From positions 1,230,001 to 1,262,000 of the forward strand of contig CP091279.1 in the NCBI GenBank assembly GCA_021650915.1: a DNA stretch of 32,000 bases, written 5' to 3'. A model generated the notes under the pieces. The model worked only from the letters and a program-made list of their open reading frames with translations. It was not told the origin of the DNA and did not search any database. A program made the translations under genes and the position numbers. Positions 18,274 through 27,078 of this stretch are shown here, piece by piece (position 1 is the first letter of the stretch; every line of letters starts with the position of its first letter). Origin of the DNA: Candidatus Brocadia sp. (GTDB lineage Bacteria; Planctomycetota; Brocadiia; Brocadiales; Brocadiaceae).

Positions 18274-19731
18274 ATGGTACGAGTTCGTTTTGCGCCTTCG
18301 CCTACTGGTCTGCTGCATATTGGAAATGCGCGCGTGGCCGTTTTCAACTGGTTATTTGCACGACGGCATAACGGCGCCTTTCTCCTGAGGATTGAGGACA
18401 CCGATCTTGCCCGGTCTGAAAAAAAGTACATCGACCAGCTTATCGAAGACCTGCACTGGCTGGGATTGACATGGCAGGAAGGCCCTGATGTGGGCGGTCC
18501 CTATGGCCCCTATTTACAATCAGAGCGATTGCATATCTATCGCGACATCTGTCAGAGATTTTTACAGGAAGGGTGCGCCTACCGTTGTTATTGCACCCCG
18601 GCGGAATTGGAAGAACGCCGTCAGATTGCGAAGCGAACGGGAAAACCTCCGCGATATGATAATCGATGCCGTAACCTGTCAAATGAACAAAGAAAGGCGC
18701 TTGAAACATCCGGACTGAATTGCACCGTCCGTTTCAAGGTGCCGGAAGAGTTGCTGGTATTCGACGACCTGATTCGAGGAACGTGTCAATTTGATATGAG
18801 CCTGGTTGGTGATTTTGTGATCATGCGGTCAGACGGAACGCCCTCATTTCACTTCGCCGTCGCCGTAGACGACATCCTGATGAAGATTACCCACGTCATT
18901 CGCGGAGAGGATCATTTGACCAATACGCCGTGTCATATATTGCTGTTTCATGCATTGGGTCAAAAACCACCGCACTTCGCCCACCTTTCGCTTACCATGG
19001 GTGCAGACCGCACCCTCCTGAGCAAGCGGCATGGGGCGTTTTCTCTGTCGGAGTACCATAACATGGGTTATTTGCCAGAGGCGCTCCTTAATTACATGAT
19101 GCTTCTCGGATGGGCGCCAAAGGATAAACGAGATAAATTTACGGCCAGCGATATTACCGATACGTTTGAGATTGGCACGATGAGCAAGGCGTCCTCGGTG
19201 TTTGACCAGCAAAAACTGAATTGGATGAACGGACAATACCTCCGGGAAGCGGAGATAGAACGGCTTGTCAATTTAGCAATACCTTACCTGCAGGCAGCAG
19301 GGCTTGTTTCCGCAGACGACAATGCGATCGACAGGGCTCAGTTGAGATTGATCGTGGATGCGGTGCGAAACAATATATCCTGTATGTCTCAAATTGCACA
19401 GGAAGCAAATATCTTTTTCAAAGACGTCGTTATCAGCAAGCAACACATTGAGTTTTTATCGTCAGAGATAACACAATCAATACTTTTGTCTTTTTACCAT
19501 GAACTCTGCAAGAGAAACATCCTTTCTCCTGACATTTTTAAAGATATTTTAAAGACTGTCCAAAAAGAAACCAAGGTGCACGGCAAGGGGCTTTACCTGC
19601 CCGTCCGGGTCGCCCTAACCGGCAGAGAACATGGCCCGGAACTCTATGGTATTGCCAATATCTTAGGCCTCGATACCTGCAAGAAAAGGATCGAACGATT
19701 TCTTCTGATAAGAAAGCAAGTAACACTTTAG
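18274..19731 (+). CDS. gltX: Glutamate--tRNA ligase
   Basis: VRVRFAPSPTGLLHIGNAR (HIGH region), LLRIEDTD and LLSKRHG (KMSKS-like). 485 aa. Confidence 0.9.
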   Translation: MVRVRFAPSPTGLLHIGNARVAVFNWLFARRHNGAFLLRIEDTDLARSEKKYIDQLIEDLHWLGLTWQEGPDVGGPYGPYLQSERLHIYRDICQRFLQEGCAYRCYCTPAELEERRQIAKRTGKPPRYDNRCRNLSNEQRKALETSGLNCTVRFKVPEELLVFDDLIRGTCQFDMSLVGDFVIMRSDGTPSFHFAVAVDDILMKITHVIRGEDHLTNTPCHILLFHALGQKPPHFAHLSLTMGADRTLLSKRHGAFSLSEYHNMGYLPEALLNYMMLLGWAPKDKRDKFTASDITDTFEIGTMSKASSVFDQQKLNWMNGQYLREAEIERLVNLAIPYLQAAGLVSADDNAIDRAQLRLIVDAVRNNISCMSQIAQEANIFFKDVVISKQHIEFLSSEITQSILLSFYHELCKRNILSPDIFKDILKTVQKETKVHGKGLYLPVRVALTGREHGPELYGIANILGLDTCKKRIERFLLIRKQVTL

Positions 19732-19750
19732 CTTTTTGAAAAATTCTCTC

Positions 19751-19987
19751 TATAATATTACTGTGTAAAAACTTCTTTTTTTTGTAAGTTTTTTCGCAAC
19801 CCTATCTACCCTTTATCAGAAGGTGCAGTTTGTTTATGAAAGAAGGATTGCTTCGTTTCGCTCGCAATGACAACGTACCGTATGTCATCAAAGACATAGC
19901 CAGTGTCATTGCGAGGGTCTTGTCCGAAGCAATCTCCCGCTTTCACAACGAGGAATTGGTTGCGGCGGTGCCGCGTTATGAATAATA
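19751..19987. repeat. ~235-bp repeat element, copy 2 (inverted relative to 13916-14150)
   Basis: See copy 1. Short AT-rich terminal inverted repeats ATAATATTA (19752-19760) and TAATATTAT (19984-19992) give it a MITE-like look. Confidence 0.8.
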
Positions 19988-20108
19988 TTATCTTGTAGGG
20001 GCAGCGCCACCTTTATTGGAATTTTTCAAAAAACTAAAGTGTTACGAAAGTAATTATTCGCTCGTTGTAACGGTTCACCCGGATAACTCATTTGGTGAAG
20101 GAGTTTTT

Positions 20109-20666
20109 ATGGCACAGATTGTTGTCGAAAAAAAGGCGAAAAAATACACCTACGAGGATTATTGCAAGATCTCAGACGAGAAGAGATACGAACTTATCGA
20201 GGGAGAGTTACTCATGACGCCATCCCCGATTACGAAACATCAAAGAATTTCTGGAAAGCTTGAATTTATCTTAAGAAGATTTTTAACGGAAAATAATCTT
20301 GGAGAACTCTTTTATGCGCCTTATGATGTGTGTTTTGATAACGAGAATGTTGTTCAACCAGACATCCTTTTTATTTCAAAGGACAGAGCAGAGATTGTTG
20401 GAGAGAAAAATGTCCAGGGTGCACCAGACCTTGTGATCGAAATCGTCTCCGAGAGCAGCGCTTACCGTGATATGGTGCAGAAAAAGAAATTATATGCAAA
20501 ATTTGGCGTAAAGGAATACTGGATAGTAATTCCGGAAAGCGAAGAGATAGCGGTTTACACCCTGAAGGATAAGACCTATCAGTTGTGCAAGGCATACGGC
20601 AAGGGTAATACCCTCGAATCCTCCTTGCTAAAGGGCTTAAAGATAGGATTAATGGATATATTTTAA
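20109..20666 (+). CDS. Uma2-family (DUF820) putative endonuclease
   Basis: I prefer ATG 20109 (GAAGGAG upstream) over the ORF-track start 20016. YELIEGELLMTPSP, VVQPDILFISK, APDLVIEIVSESS and EYWIV are typical Uma2 blocks. Confidence 0.8.
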   Translation: MAQIVVEKKAKKYTYEDYCKISDEKRYELIEGELLMTPSPITKHQRISGKLEFILRRFLTENNLGELFYAPYDVCFDNENVVQPDILFISKDRAEIVGEKNVQGAPDLVIEIVSESSAYRDMVQKKKLYAKFGVKEYWIVIPESEEIAVYTLKDKTYQLCKAYGKGNTLESSLLKGLKIGLMDIF

Positions 20667-20852
20667 TGCATACATCTTATACCCAAGCGCGGCATAGCCA
20701 CAACCAAGCCCCCGATCTCATTTGACTGAGCACTCATGAGGAAGTCAAGCGGGAATAAAGGGCATAGTAAGAAACGTACACTAAAAAAAGTTTTTTCTGT
20801 GTAATACAAAAGAACCATTTCAAAATAGATTGGGAATATTAAGAATACAACC

Positions 20853-22346
20853 ATGACGCTAAAATTTTACAATTCTCTGACGAAAAAGAAGGAAGTCTTT
20901 ACCCCTGTGCACGAAGGTCTTGTGAATATGTATGTCTGTGGTCCTACCGTGTATGACCACCCTCATATCGGACACGCAAAGAGCTATGTGAGTTTTGATG
21001 TAATCGTCCGTTACCTCAGATACCTGGGCTATAAAGTCCGTTACGTGCAAAATATTACCGACGTGGGACACCTGACCGACAACGCCGACACCGGCGAGGA
21101 CAAGATACTCAAACGCGCCCAGAGAGAACGGCTGCAACCCGCAGAACTGGTCGAAATCTATACCCGGAGTTACTTTGATGACATGGATGCCCTGAACAAT
21201 GTGAGACCCGACATCTCGCCACGGGCAACGGCGCACATCCCGGAACAAATTGAACTCGTGGAAAAGTTAATTGAAAAAGAGTATGCCTATGCTTCAAACG
21301 GGTCCGTCTATTTCGACGTCAATAAATTCAAGGAATACGGGAAGCTCTCCGGCAGAATACAGGATGACCTTGAGGCGGGCGCCCGGATAGAAATCAACCC
21401 TGAGAAAAGAAACCCCGCTGACTTTGCGCTCTGGAAAAAGGCAGAACCCGGTCACATTATGCGATGGAAAAGCCCCTGGGGTGAAGGCTTTCCCGGCTGG
21501 CATCTTGAATGTTCCGCCATGTCGATGAAATATCTCGGACAGACCCTGGACATTCACGGAGGCGGATTGGAAAACATCTTTCCCCACCATGAGTGTGAGA
21601 TCGCCCAGAGTGAAGCGGCTAACCGCGCGCCTTTTGTAAAATACTGGATTCACAACAACATGGTCACCGTAAATGGCCAAAAAATGGGGAAATCCCTGGG
21701 GAATTTTATTACCCTCAAGGATGCCTTTAAAAAATACAACCCCTTAACCGTCCGCTTCTTTATCCTCAACACTCACTACCGCAGCCCGTTGGATTTTAGC
21801 AATGAAGCGCTGGATGCAGCGGACAAAGGGCTCGAACGCCTGCATAATACCATAAAAAATCTATGGGAGCGGATTGACTCCGTAAAGGATGCGCCATCGT
21901 CTGACACGGCTTACGAAAGATTAGAACATTTCAAGAAGGCATTCATTGAGGCAATGGACGAAGACATCAACACCTCCAGCGCAGTTGCCGTCCTCTTTGA
22001 CTTGTCAAAGGAGGTCAATACCTTGCTGAACTCTGGCCGTGAGATCAGCAAAAAATGCCTGGAAGACATTAACGCTCTGTATCAGCAACTTGGCGGCGAT
22101 ATCCTGGGAATTATCCCGAAACGCAGTGACAGAGCGCCAAAAACGTCTGGCATCATGTTAACCCACGGCTGGCAGGCGCAGGATTCGATCACAGATGAGA
22201 TTATGAAGGTGCTTATCGACATCCGCAATGAACTGCGCAAGGCAAAACAGTGGCAACTATCGGATTTCATCCGAAATAAACTCTCAGAAATTGGTATTGT
22301 CCTGGATGATAAGCCAGACAGCACCACATGGAAAAGGGCAAAATAA
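20853..22346 (+). CDS. cysS: Cysteine--tRNA ligase
   Basis: [20 protein letters not shown] (HIGH), GWHLECSAM (Zn/Cys site) and KMGKSLGN (KMSKS). 497 aa. Confidence 0.9.
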   Translation: MTLKFYNSLTKKKEVFTPVHEGLVNMYVCGPTVYDHPHIGHAKSYVSFDVIVRYLRYLGYKVRYVQNITDVGHLTDNADTGEDKILKRAQRERLQPAELVEIYTRSYFDDMDALNNVRPDISPRATAHIPEQIELVEKLIEKEYAYASNGSVYFDVNKFKEYGKLSGRIQDDLEAGARIEINPEKRNPADFALWKKAEPGHIMRWKSPWGEGFPGWHLECSAMSMKYLGQTLDIHGGGLENIFPHHECEIAQSEAANRAPFVKYWIHNNMVTVNGQKMGKSLGNFITLKDAFKKYNPLTVRFFILNTHYRSPLDFSNEALDAADKGLERLHNTIKNLWERIDSVKDAPSSDTAYERLEHFKKAFIEAMDEDINTSSAVAVLFDLSKEVNTLLNSGREISKKCLEDINALYQQLGGDILGIIPKRSDRAPKTSGIMLTHGWQAQDSITDEIMKVLIDIRNELRKAKQWQLSDFIRNKLSEIGIVLDDKPDSTTWKRAK

Positions 22347-22352
22347 CAGGAT

Positions 22353-23006
22353 ATGATTACTCTGGAACAGGTAAAAAACCATCCCGACGTTAAGGTGTAT
22401 ATAAAAAGAGCCAATGATTTTTTAGGAGTAATCGGTTACACCGAACATGGGGAACGTCACGGGAATTATGTGGCGAGAAATGCGCGAAATATTTTACAAG
22501 AACTCGGTTATGATGCAAATATCTGTGAACTTGCGGCTATTGCCGGATATATTCACGATATTGGAAACGTGGTCAGCCGTCATTCGCATCAGGAGCATAG
22601 CGCTCACTTAGCCGGTCAATTCTTACAAGAACTCAACATGCCCGCGGAAGACCGCGTGCTTATCATGAGTGCGGTGGGAAACCACGACGAAGGCACCTGC
22701 GATATCGTCAGCCCGGTAGCTGCGGCGCTTATTATTGCGGACAAATCCGATGTCCACCGTTCGAGGGTAAGAAGCACAAAGGAGATTACCTTTGATATCC
22801 ACGACCGGGTCAATTATGCCGTAACAAAATCCGGGTTGCAAATAGACGTGCCAAAAAGGACAATCACCCTCAATCTCGATATTGACAAGGAAATTTCGGA
22901 CATGGTGGAATATTTTGAGATCTTTACCACCCGCATGGTTGCCTGCCGCCGCGCCGCAAAACTCCTGGGGTGTACGTTTGACGTAAAGGTAAACGGCTCA
23001 CCGTGA
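22353..23006 (+). CDS. HD-domain phosphohydrolase
   Basis: HGERHGNYV ... GYIHDIGN gives the H...HD signature. It starts 6 nt after cysS and is probably co-transcribed. Confidence 0.7.
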   Translation: MITLEQVKNHPDVKVYIKRANDFLGVIGYTEHGERHGNYVARNARNILQELGYDANICELAAIAGYIHDIGNVVSRHSHQEHSAHLAGQFLQELNMPAEDRVLIMSAVGNHDEGTCDIVSPVAAALIIADKSDVHRSRVRSTKEITFDIHDRVNYAVTKSGLQIDVPKRTITLNLDIDKEISDMVEYFEIFTTRMVACRRAAKLLGCTFDVKVNGSP

Positions 23007-23092
23007 GGCCTTATCCTGTTTACCATATACGTATAGTGTCTAATAAAAAATATTTTGACATTTTCGGCAAAAATGTTTTTTTCACACTGTGC

Positions 23093-23117
23093 AGGGGCAG
23101 GTTTGAAACCTGCCCCT
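23093..23117. repeat. REP-like palindrome AGGGGCAGGTTTGAAACCTGCCCCT, copy 2
   Basis: Same core as 18180-18208. Confidence 0.8.
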
Positions 23118-23168
23118 ACCGTATTTCTTTTCCGACTCGTTCGGATTGGGAATTTCAACATTTGTTGT

Positions 23169-23240
23169 AGGGGCGAAGCATTTTGCTGATATTAAATTTG
23201 AATGTCATCTTATATCCTGGACAGCAAATGCTTCGTCCCT
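23169..23240. repeat. Long imperfect hairpin (arms AGGGGCGAAGCATTTTGCTG / CAGCAAATGCTTCGTCCCT)
   Basis: About 19-nt arms with one mismatch and one indel, separated by a 33-nt AT-rich loop (23189-23221). Confidence 0.65.
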
Positions 23241-23346
23241 CCGTGTGACCGCAAACAAAGTTGCCAAAGGCCTAATTAAAAGTTTTTTGCAGGCGATGAA
23301 ACACAAAGGTCACCGAATGCATAATCATCCATTCGGTAACTTCGCT

Positions 23347-23370
23347 GGTTCAATCGTCCACGATTGAACC
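23347..23370. repeat. REP-like hairpin GGTTCAATCG-TCCA-CGATTGAACC
   Basis: Perfect 10-bp stem. A sister copy lies 87 nt downstream. Confidence 0.75.
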
Positions 23371-23433
23371 AAAATAGTTGGCGGAATTGCACCCAATGGC
23401 ATAAGTTCAAGTTTTAGTGTACCGTTCAATGCA

Positions 23434-23458
23434 TGGTTCAATCTGCAAGATTGAACCA
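23434..23458. repeat. REP-like hairpin TGGTTCAATCT-GCA-AGATTGAACCA
   Basis: Perfect 11-bp stem, same family as 23347-23370. Confidence 0.75.
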
Positions 23459-23584
23459 GCCAAGAGCTACAGGGATATGGGTTGCCCCTGCAATGGGTAA
23501 GCCAGTATTGAGGTCTTTGACAATTTTCCCCTCCCTCACCCCGTAAACAGAGGAGATTATGGCGGGAAACTGAGATCCCAATTT

Positions 23585-24406
23585 CTACTTTGAAATACTA
23601 CCCTTCACCTTATTCCAGATAGCATCCATTTCCTCCAGGGTGCATTTCTCAATATCCTTCCCCATGGATGCGAGTTCCATCTCAACCTTTTTAAAGCGAT
23701 CAACAAATTTGCAGATCGTCTTGTGGAGCACGTTTTCCGTATCGAAATTCAGGAACCGGGACAAGTTGACGACAGAGAACAAGAGATCCCCCACTTCCTC
23801 TTCAATATGCCCTGGCTTGTTTTCCCGGATCGCATCCTTAACTTCTCTGAGTTCTTCGTCTACCTTGGCAATCACGTCTTGTATGTTCGTCCAGTCAAAA
23901 CCTACCTTGGCCACCTTCTTTTGTAATTTCTGCGCCTTCTGGAGGGCAGGGAGATGCTTGGGAAGGCCATCCACAATAAATTTTCTCTCCTCATATCCCT
24001 TTTCTGTTTTCTTGATCTGCTCCCACTGATGAATTACCTCTTCGGGGGTGGTCGCTGAGGCATCTCCAAAGACATGCGGATGACGGCGCGTCATTTTGTC
24101 AAGGCAGAGCGCCATGACACTGCCCATATCAAACTCCCCCTTTTCCGTTGCGATCTGACAGTGAAAAATGATATGAAAAAAGAGGTCTGCCAGTTCTTCC
24201 TTGAGTTTCGCAGGGTCGCCGGAATCTATGGCGTCAATTACCTCATACGTCTCCTCCACCAGATGCGGTTTTAAAGACGCGTGGTTTTGTTCCTTATCCC
24301 AGGGGCAACCGTCCTTGCTGCGCAACTTCTGCATCAATTCTACCAAGTCATAAAATAATGAAATAGATTTGTCTTTCGGTGTCTTCATTGAATAGATACT
24401 CTCCAC
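23585..24406 (-). CDS. mazG: Nucleoside triphosphate pyrophosphohydrolase MazG (tandem MazG domains)
   Basis: DGCPWDKEQNHASLKPHLVEETYEVIDAI, HPHVFG and a second EELGDLLF-type block (EEVGDLLFSVVNL). The ORF-track start is a GTG at 24406; ATG 24388 is an equally good start. Confidence 0.85.
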   Translation of the reverse strand: MESIYSMKTPKDKSISLFYDLVELMQKLRSKDGCPWDKEQNHASLKPHLVEETYEVIDAIDSGDPAKLKEELADLFFHIIFHCQIATEKGEFDMGSVMALCLDKMTRRHPHVFGDASATTPEEVIHQWEQIKKTEKGYEERKFIVDGLPKHLPALQKAQKLQKKVAKVGFDWTNIQDVIAKVDEELREVKDAIRENKPGHIEEEVGDLLFSVVNLSRFLNFDTENVLHKTICKFVDRFKKVEMELASMGKDIEKCTLEEMDAIWNKVKGSISK

Positions 24407-24786
24407 ACATGGGGATTCTCGTCTTGATTACGATCAGATTCACAAATTATGATTAAATTAAGGCATTGATTTTACGCCGAATCCACCTTCACTGCATTTC
24501 CAAATGGTGGGTTCGCCCCGCCCTTCGCACACTCAGGACAGGCTTAACCCACCTTGCCCCAACAACACACAAGCAAAATGAATCGTGCTGTACAAAGCAA
24601 CTACGGGATTCTAGCAATTATTGTTATTGAAGTCAAACAAGGAGATAATAAACCATCAGCTATTTCTAAATTATTTATTACAAAAATATGTAAATTTTTG
24701 TATTTTGTGGTAATATATCCGTGTTCTCGGTGCATTCTGTGGCAAACTACGACCCATTCTTCAATCATTTATTAAGGAACGATACC

Positions 24787-25779
24787 ATGGGCTTTCCAAA
24801 ACAACGACTTCGCAGGTTACGTCAGAATGAAAATATCAGAAGGTTGGTAAGAGAAACGCACCTTACCGTAGATGATCTGATCATGCCCCTCTTTGTCCGG
24901 CCTGGAAAAGGCATCAAACAACCAATACCCTCCATGCCGGGAAATTACCAGATGTCCGTTGACAAACTGGTGGAGGAAGTAAAAATCCTGGAAGGGCTGG
25001 GCATCCCAGGAATTATCCTCTTTGGAATTCCGGACAAGAAGGACGAAATGGGCTCCGATGCCTACTCAGACGAGGGAATAATTCAACAGGCAATTATCGC
25101 CATAAAAAAAACCGCAAAAAACATCCTTGTGATCACAGACGTTTGTATGTGTGAATATACCGACCACGGACACTGTGGATTCGTAAGAAGGGATGAAAGA
25201 TCGGGTCACTTTGACGTTGATAATGACATGACCCTGGAACTCCTGGTAAAAGAGGCCGTTTCCCATGCAAAGGCAGGCGCAGACATCATAGCCCCCAGCG
25301 ATATGATGGACGGCCGGGTAGCGGCAATCCGTGACGGACTTGACGAGAATAGTTTTGAGCAGATTCCTATTATGGCATATTCCGCCAAATACGCCTCCGG
25401 GTTTTACGGACCCTTCCGCGAGGCCGCTGAGTCCACGCCGGGATTTGGAGATCGCACTTCTTACCAAATGGACCCGCATAATGCAACAGAGGCGCTCCGT
25501 GAAGTATCTCTGGATATCGATGAGGGCGCAGACATCGTGATGGTAAAACCGGCGCTGGCCTATCTCGACATCATCCGGATCATAAAAGATAATTTCGATT
25601 ATCCCGTTGCGGCCTACAATGTCAGCGGCGAATTTTCAGTCGTGAAGGCCGCTGCAGAAAAGGGTTGGATAGATGAAAAGCGCGTGGCACTGGAAATATT
25701 GACGGGGATAAAACGCGCCGGCGCTGACATGATTCTGACGTATTGGGCAAAGGATGCCGCACAGTGGCTGAAAAAGTAA
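24787..25779 (+). CDS. hemB: Porphobilinogen synthase (delta-aminolevulinate dehydratase)
   Basis: I prefer ATG 24787 ([26 protein letters not shown]...). [12 protein letters not shown] (metal site), [20 protein letters not shown]-like [17 protein letters not shown] and VMVKPA (Schiff-base Lys). Confidence 0.9.
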   Translation: MGFPKQRLRRLRQNENIRRLVRETHLTVDDLIMPLFVRPGKGIKQPIPSMPGNYQMSVDKLVEEVKILEGLGIPGIILFGIPDKKDEMGSDAYSDEGIIQQAIIAIKKTAKNILVITDVCMCEYTDHGHCGFVRRDERSGHFDVDNDMTLELLVKEAVSHAKAGADIIAPSDMMDGRVAAIRDGLDENSFEQIPIMAYSAKYASGFYGPFREAAESTPGFGDRTSYQMDPHNATEALREVSLDIDEGADIVMVKPALAYLDIIRIIKDNFDYPVAAYNVSGEFSVVKAAAEKGWIDEKRVALEILTGIKRAGADMILTYWAKDAAQWLKK

Positions 25780-25929
25780 GTTCAGCCACGAAAAACGAAT
25801 ACCTTTGAGTTGGATTTTTCGCTTCGTTCAGAATAACAAACGGTGTCATTCTGAGGGAGTGAAACGGACGAAGAATTTCGGTTTGAAATTCCTGTACGTT
25901 TAATTAGGCCTTCGGCGACTTTTTATCCG

Positions 25930-26647
25930 ATAGGGGTAGGGAAGGCTTTCGCCTCCCCTCCCTCCGAACCATACAGGCGGATCTCCCGCATACGGCTCTC
26001 CAGTCAGCGGTTACCCCTTCGGGATTGACCGTTGAAAATATAAATTGCGGATACGTGAACAATTCATACCTCATAATGATGACATCGATTCTCATCATTC
26101 ACCCTATGCAAGCCGTCAACAGGTAGTCCGCTATAAGCCAGGTTCAAATCCGTTTCTACGGATTTCTCCAACTTGTTTAGGCATTTCTGCCACTCACCTT
26201 GGTTTGTCTTCCCAGCTTACCCACTTCATACCTCCACCTTCCTGCCTCCCTTCGCTCCACGTCCATTACGATGCTTCTTCGCTCTTATGAAGGCTCTGAC
26301 TCCTGACTTTGTCACTCCCTCTGTCAGGTATCCCTGATTCATGCACCTTGTCTTCCTGCCATTCCGTCTCCAACCACCCATTGCTCCCTATCATCGCTTT
26401 ATCACGCTACCCCTCAGCTTGATAGACTTCCTTCTTTTTCCAAAAAGGTCTGGGCTTCACCACTCTCTAGCAGGCTCGCCGTTACAACAGGCCGAATCGA
26501 GTTCGTCATTCTACGGACTAGCTTTTCACCTCCCGTTGCTCCCCACCCCATCTCACGATGACGCAGTTACGGTCGGTTACAGGGTTGGAAAGCGTTTTCC
26601 CTGAAGGGGACTTTCACCCCTCTGACATTGTGCACTCTCAGGCGCAC
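25930..26647 (-). mobile_element. ORF-less group II intron (ribozyme only, 718 nt)
   Basis: The minus-strand 5' end is GTGCGCCTGAGAGTGCACAATGTCAGAGGGGTGAAAGTCCCC (from 26647). Domain V is GAGCCGTATGCGGGAGATCCGCCTGTATGGTTC (25998-25966). Domain VI is GGGAGGGGAGGC-GAAA-GCCTTCCCT[A]CCCCTAT, with the bulged A 7 nt from the 3' end at 25930. No RT-like ORF in any frame. Confidence 0.8.
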
Positions 26648-26856
26648 TAGTGTGCAGACATATTAATTACAAATTATATATTGTGGACAATTTTAGCTAT
26701 ATCGCGCCGCAAAACAGCATTTATATGTTTCGTTATTATTAATCGTCTCATAATAGAACACACATTAAGCTGTCCGTTTAGCGCTTCAATATTGGAGAAG
26801 GAAAGCATACGACGAATCAATACAATTATGAGACCCTTAATAATATGTCTCTACAC

Positions 26857-26881
26857 TAGAGCGACGAGACTCGTCGCTCTA
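26857..26881. repeat. REP-like palindrome TAGAGCGACGAG-A-CTCGTCGCTCTA, copy 2
   Basis: Same core as 13095-13125. It lies 45 nt upstream of the symporter start codon. Confidence 0.8.
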
Positions 26882-26925
26882 CAACTCTTTTCTCATTTAT
26901 CCTACGAACACAACACCGATTCACC

Positions 26926-27078
26926 ATGGAACAAGTATTGAAATTTATGAATCTTCTGAATGCTTATCTCTGGGGAGCCCCGATGATTATTGCTATTATT
27001 GGGGTGGGCGTGTTTCTGACAATACTGAGCCGCTTTATCCAGATGAGACGATTTCTCCGGACGTGGCGCGAGACGTTT
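26926..27078 (+). CDS. Alanine/glycine:cation symporter (AGCS family), exon 1 (gene split by a group II intron)
   Basis: MEQVLKFMNLLNAYLWGAPMIIAIIGVGVFLTILSRFIQMRRF is a typical AGCS N-terminus. The frame then leaves AGCS-like sequence and stops at 27160-27162. The exon end is uncertain (27078 to 27094). Confidence 0.7.

Noticed and set aside
23146-23367. A 73-aa ORF in the HD/mazG spacer.
   Set aside because: It is assembled from the arms of REP-like hairpins and the 20-nt box, with no RBS. It is a repeat-derived artefact.
25904-26604. ORFs of 64-87 aa within the ORF-less intron (25904-26098 minus, 26045-26290 plus, 26341-26604 plus).
   Set aside because: They overlap DV/DVI or lie antisense to DI. 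They have low-complexity Pro/Ser/Leu-rich translations and no RT or maturase motifs. The region is better explained as structured RNA.
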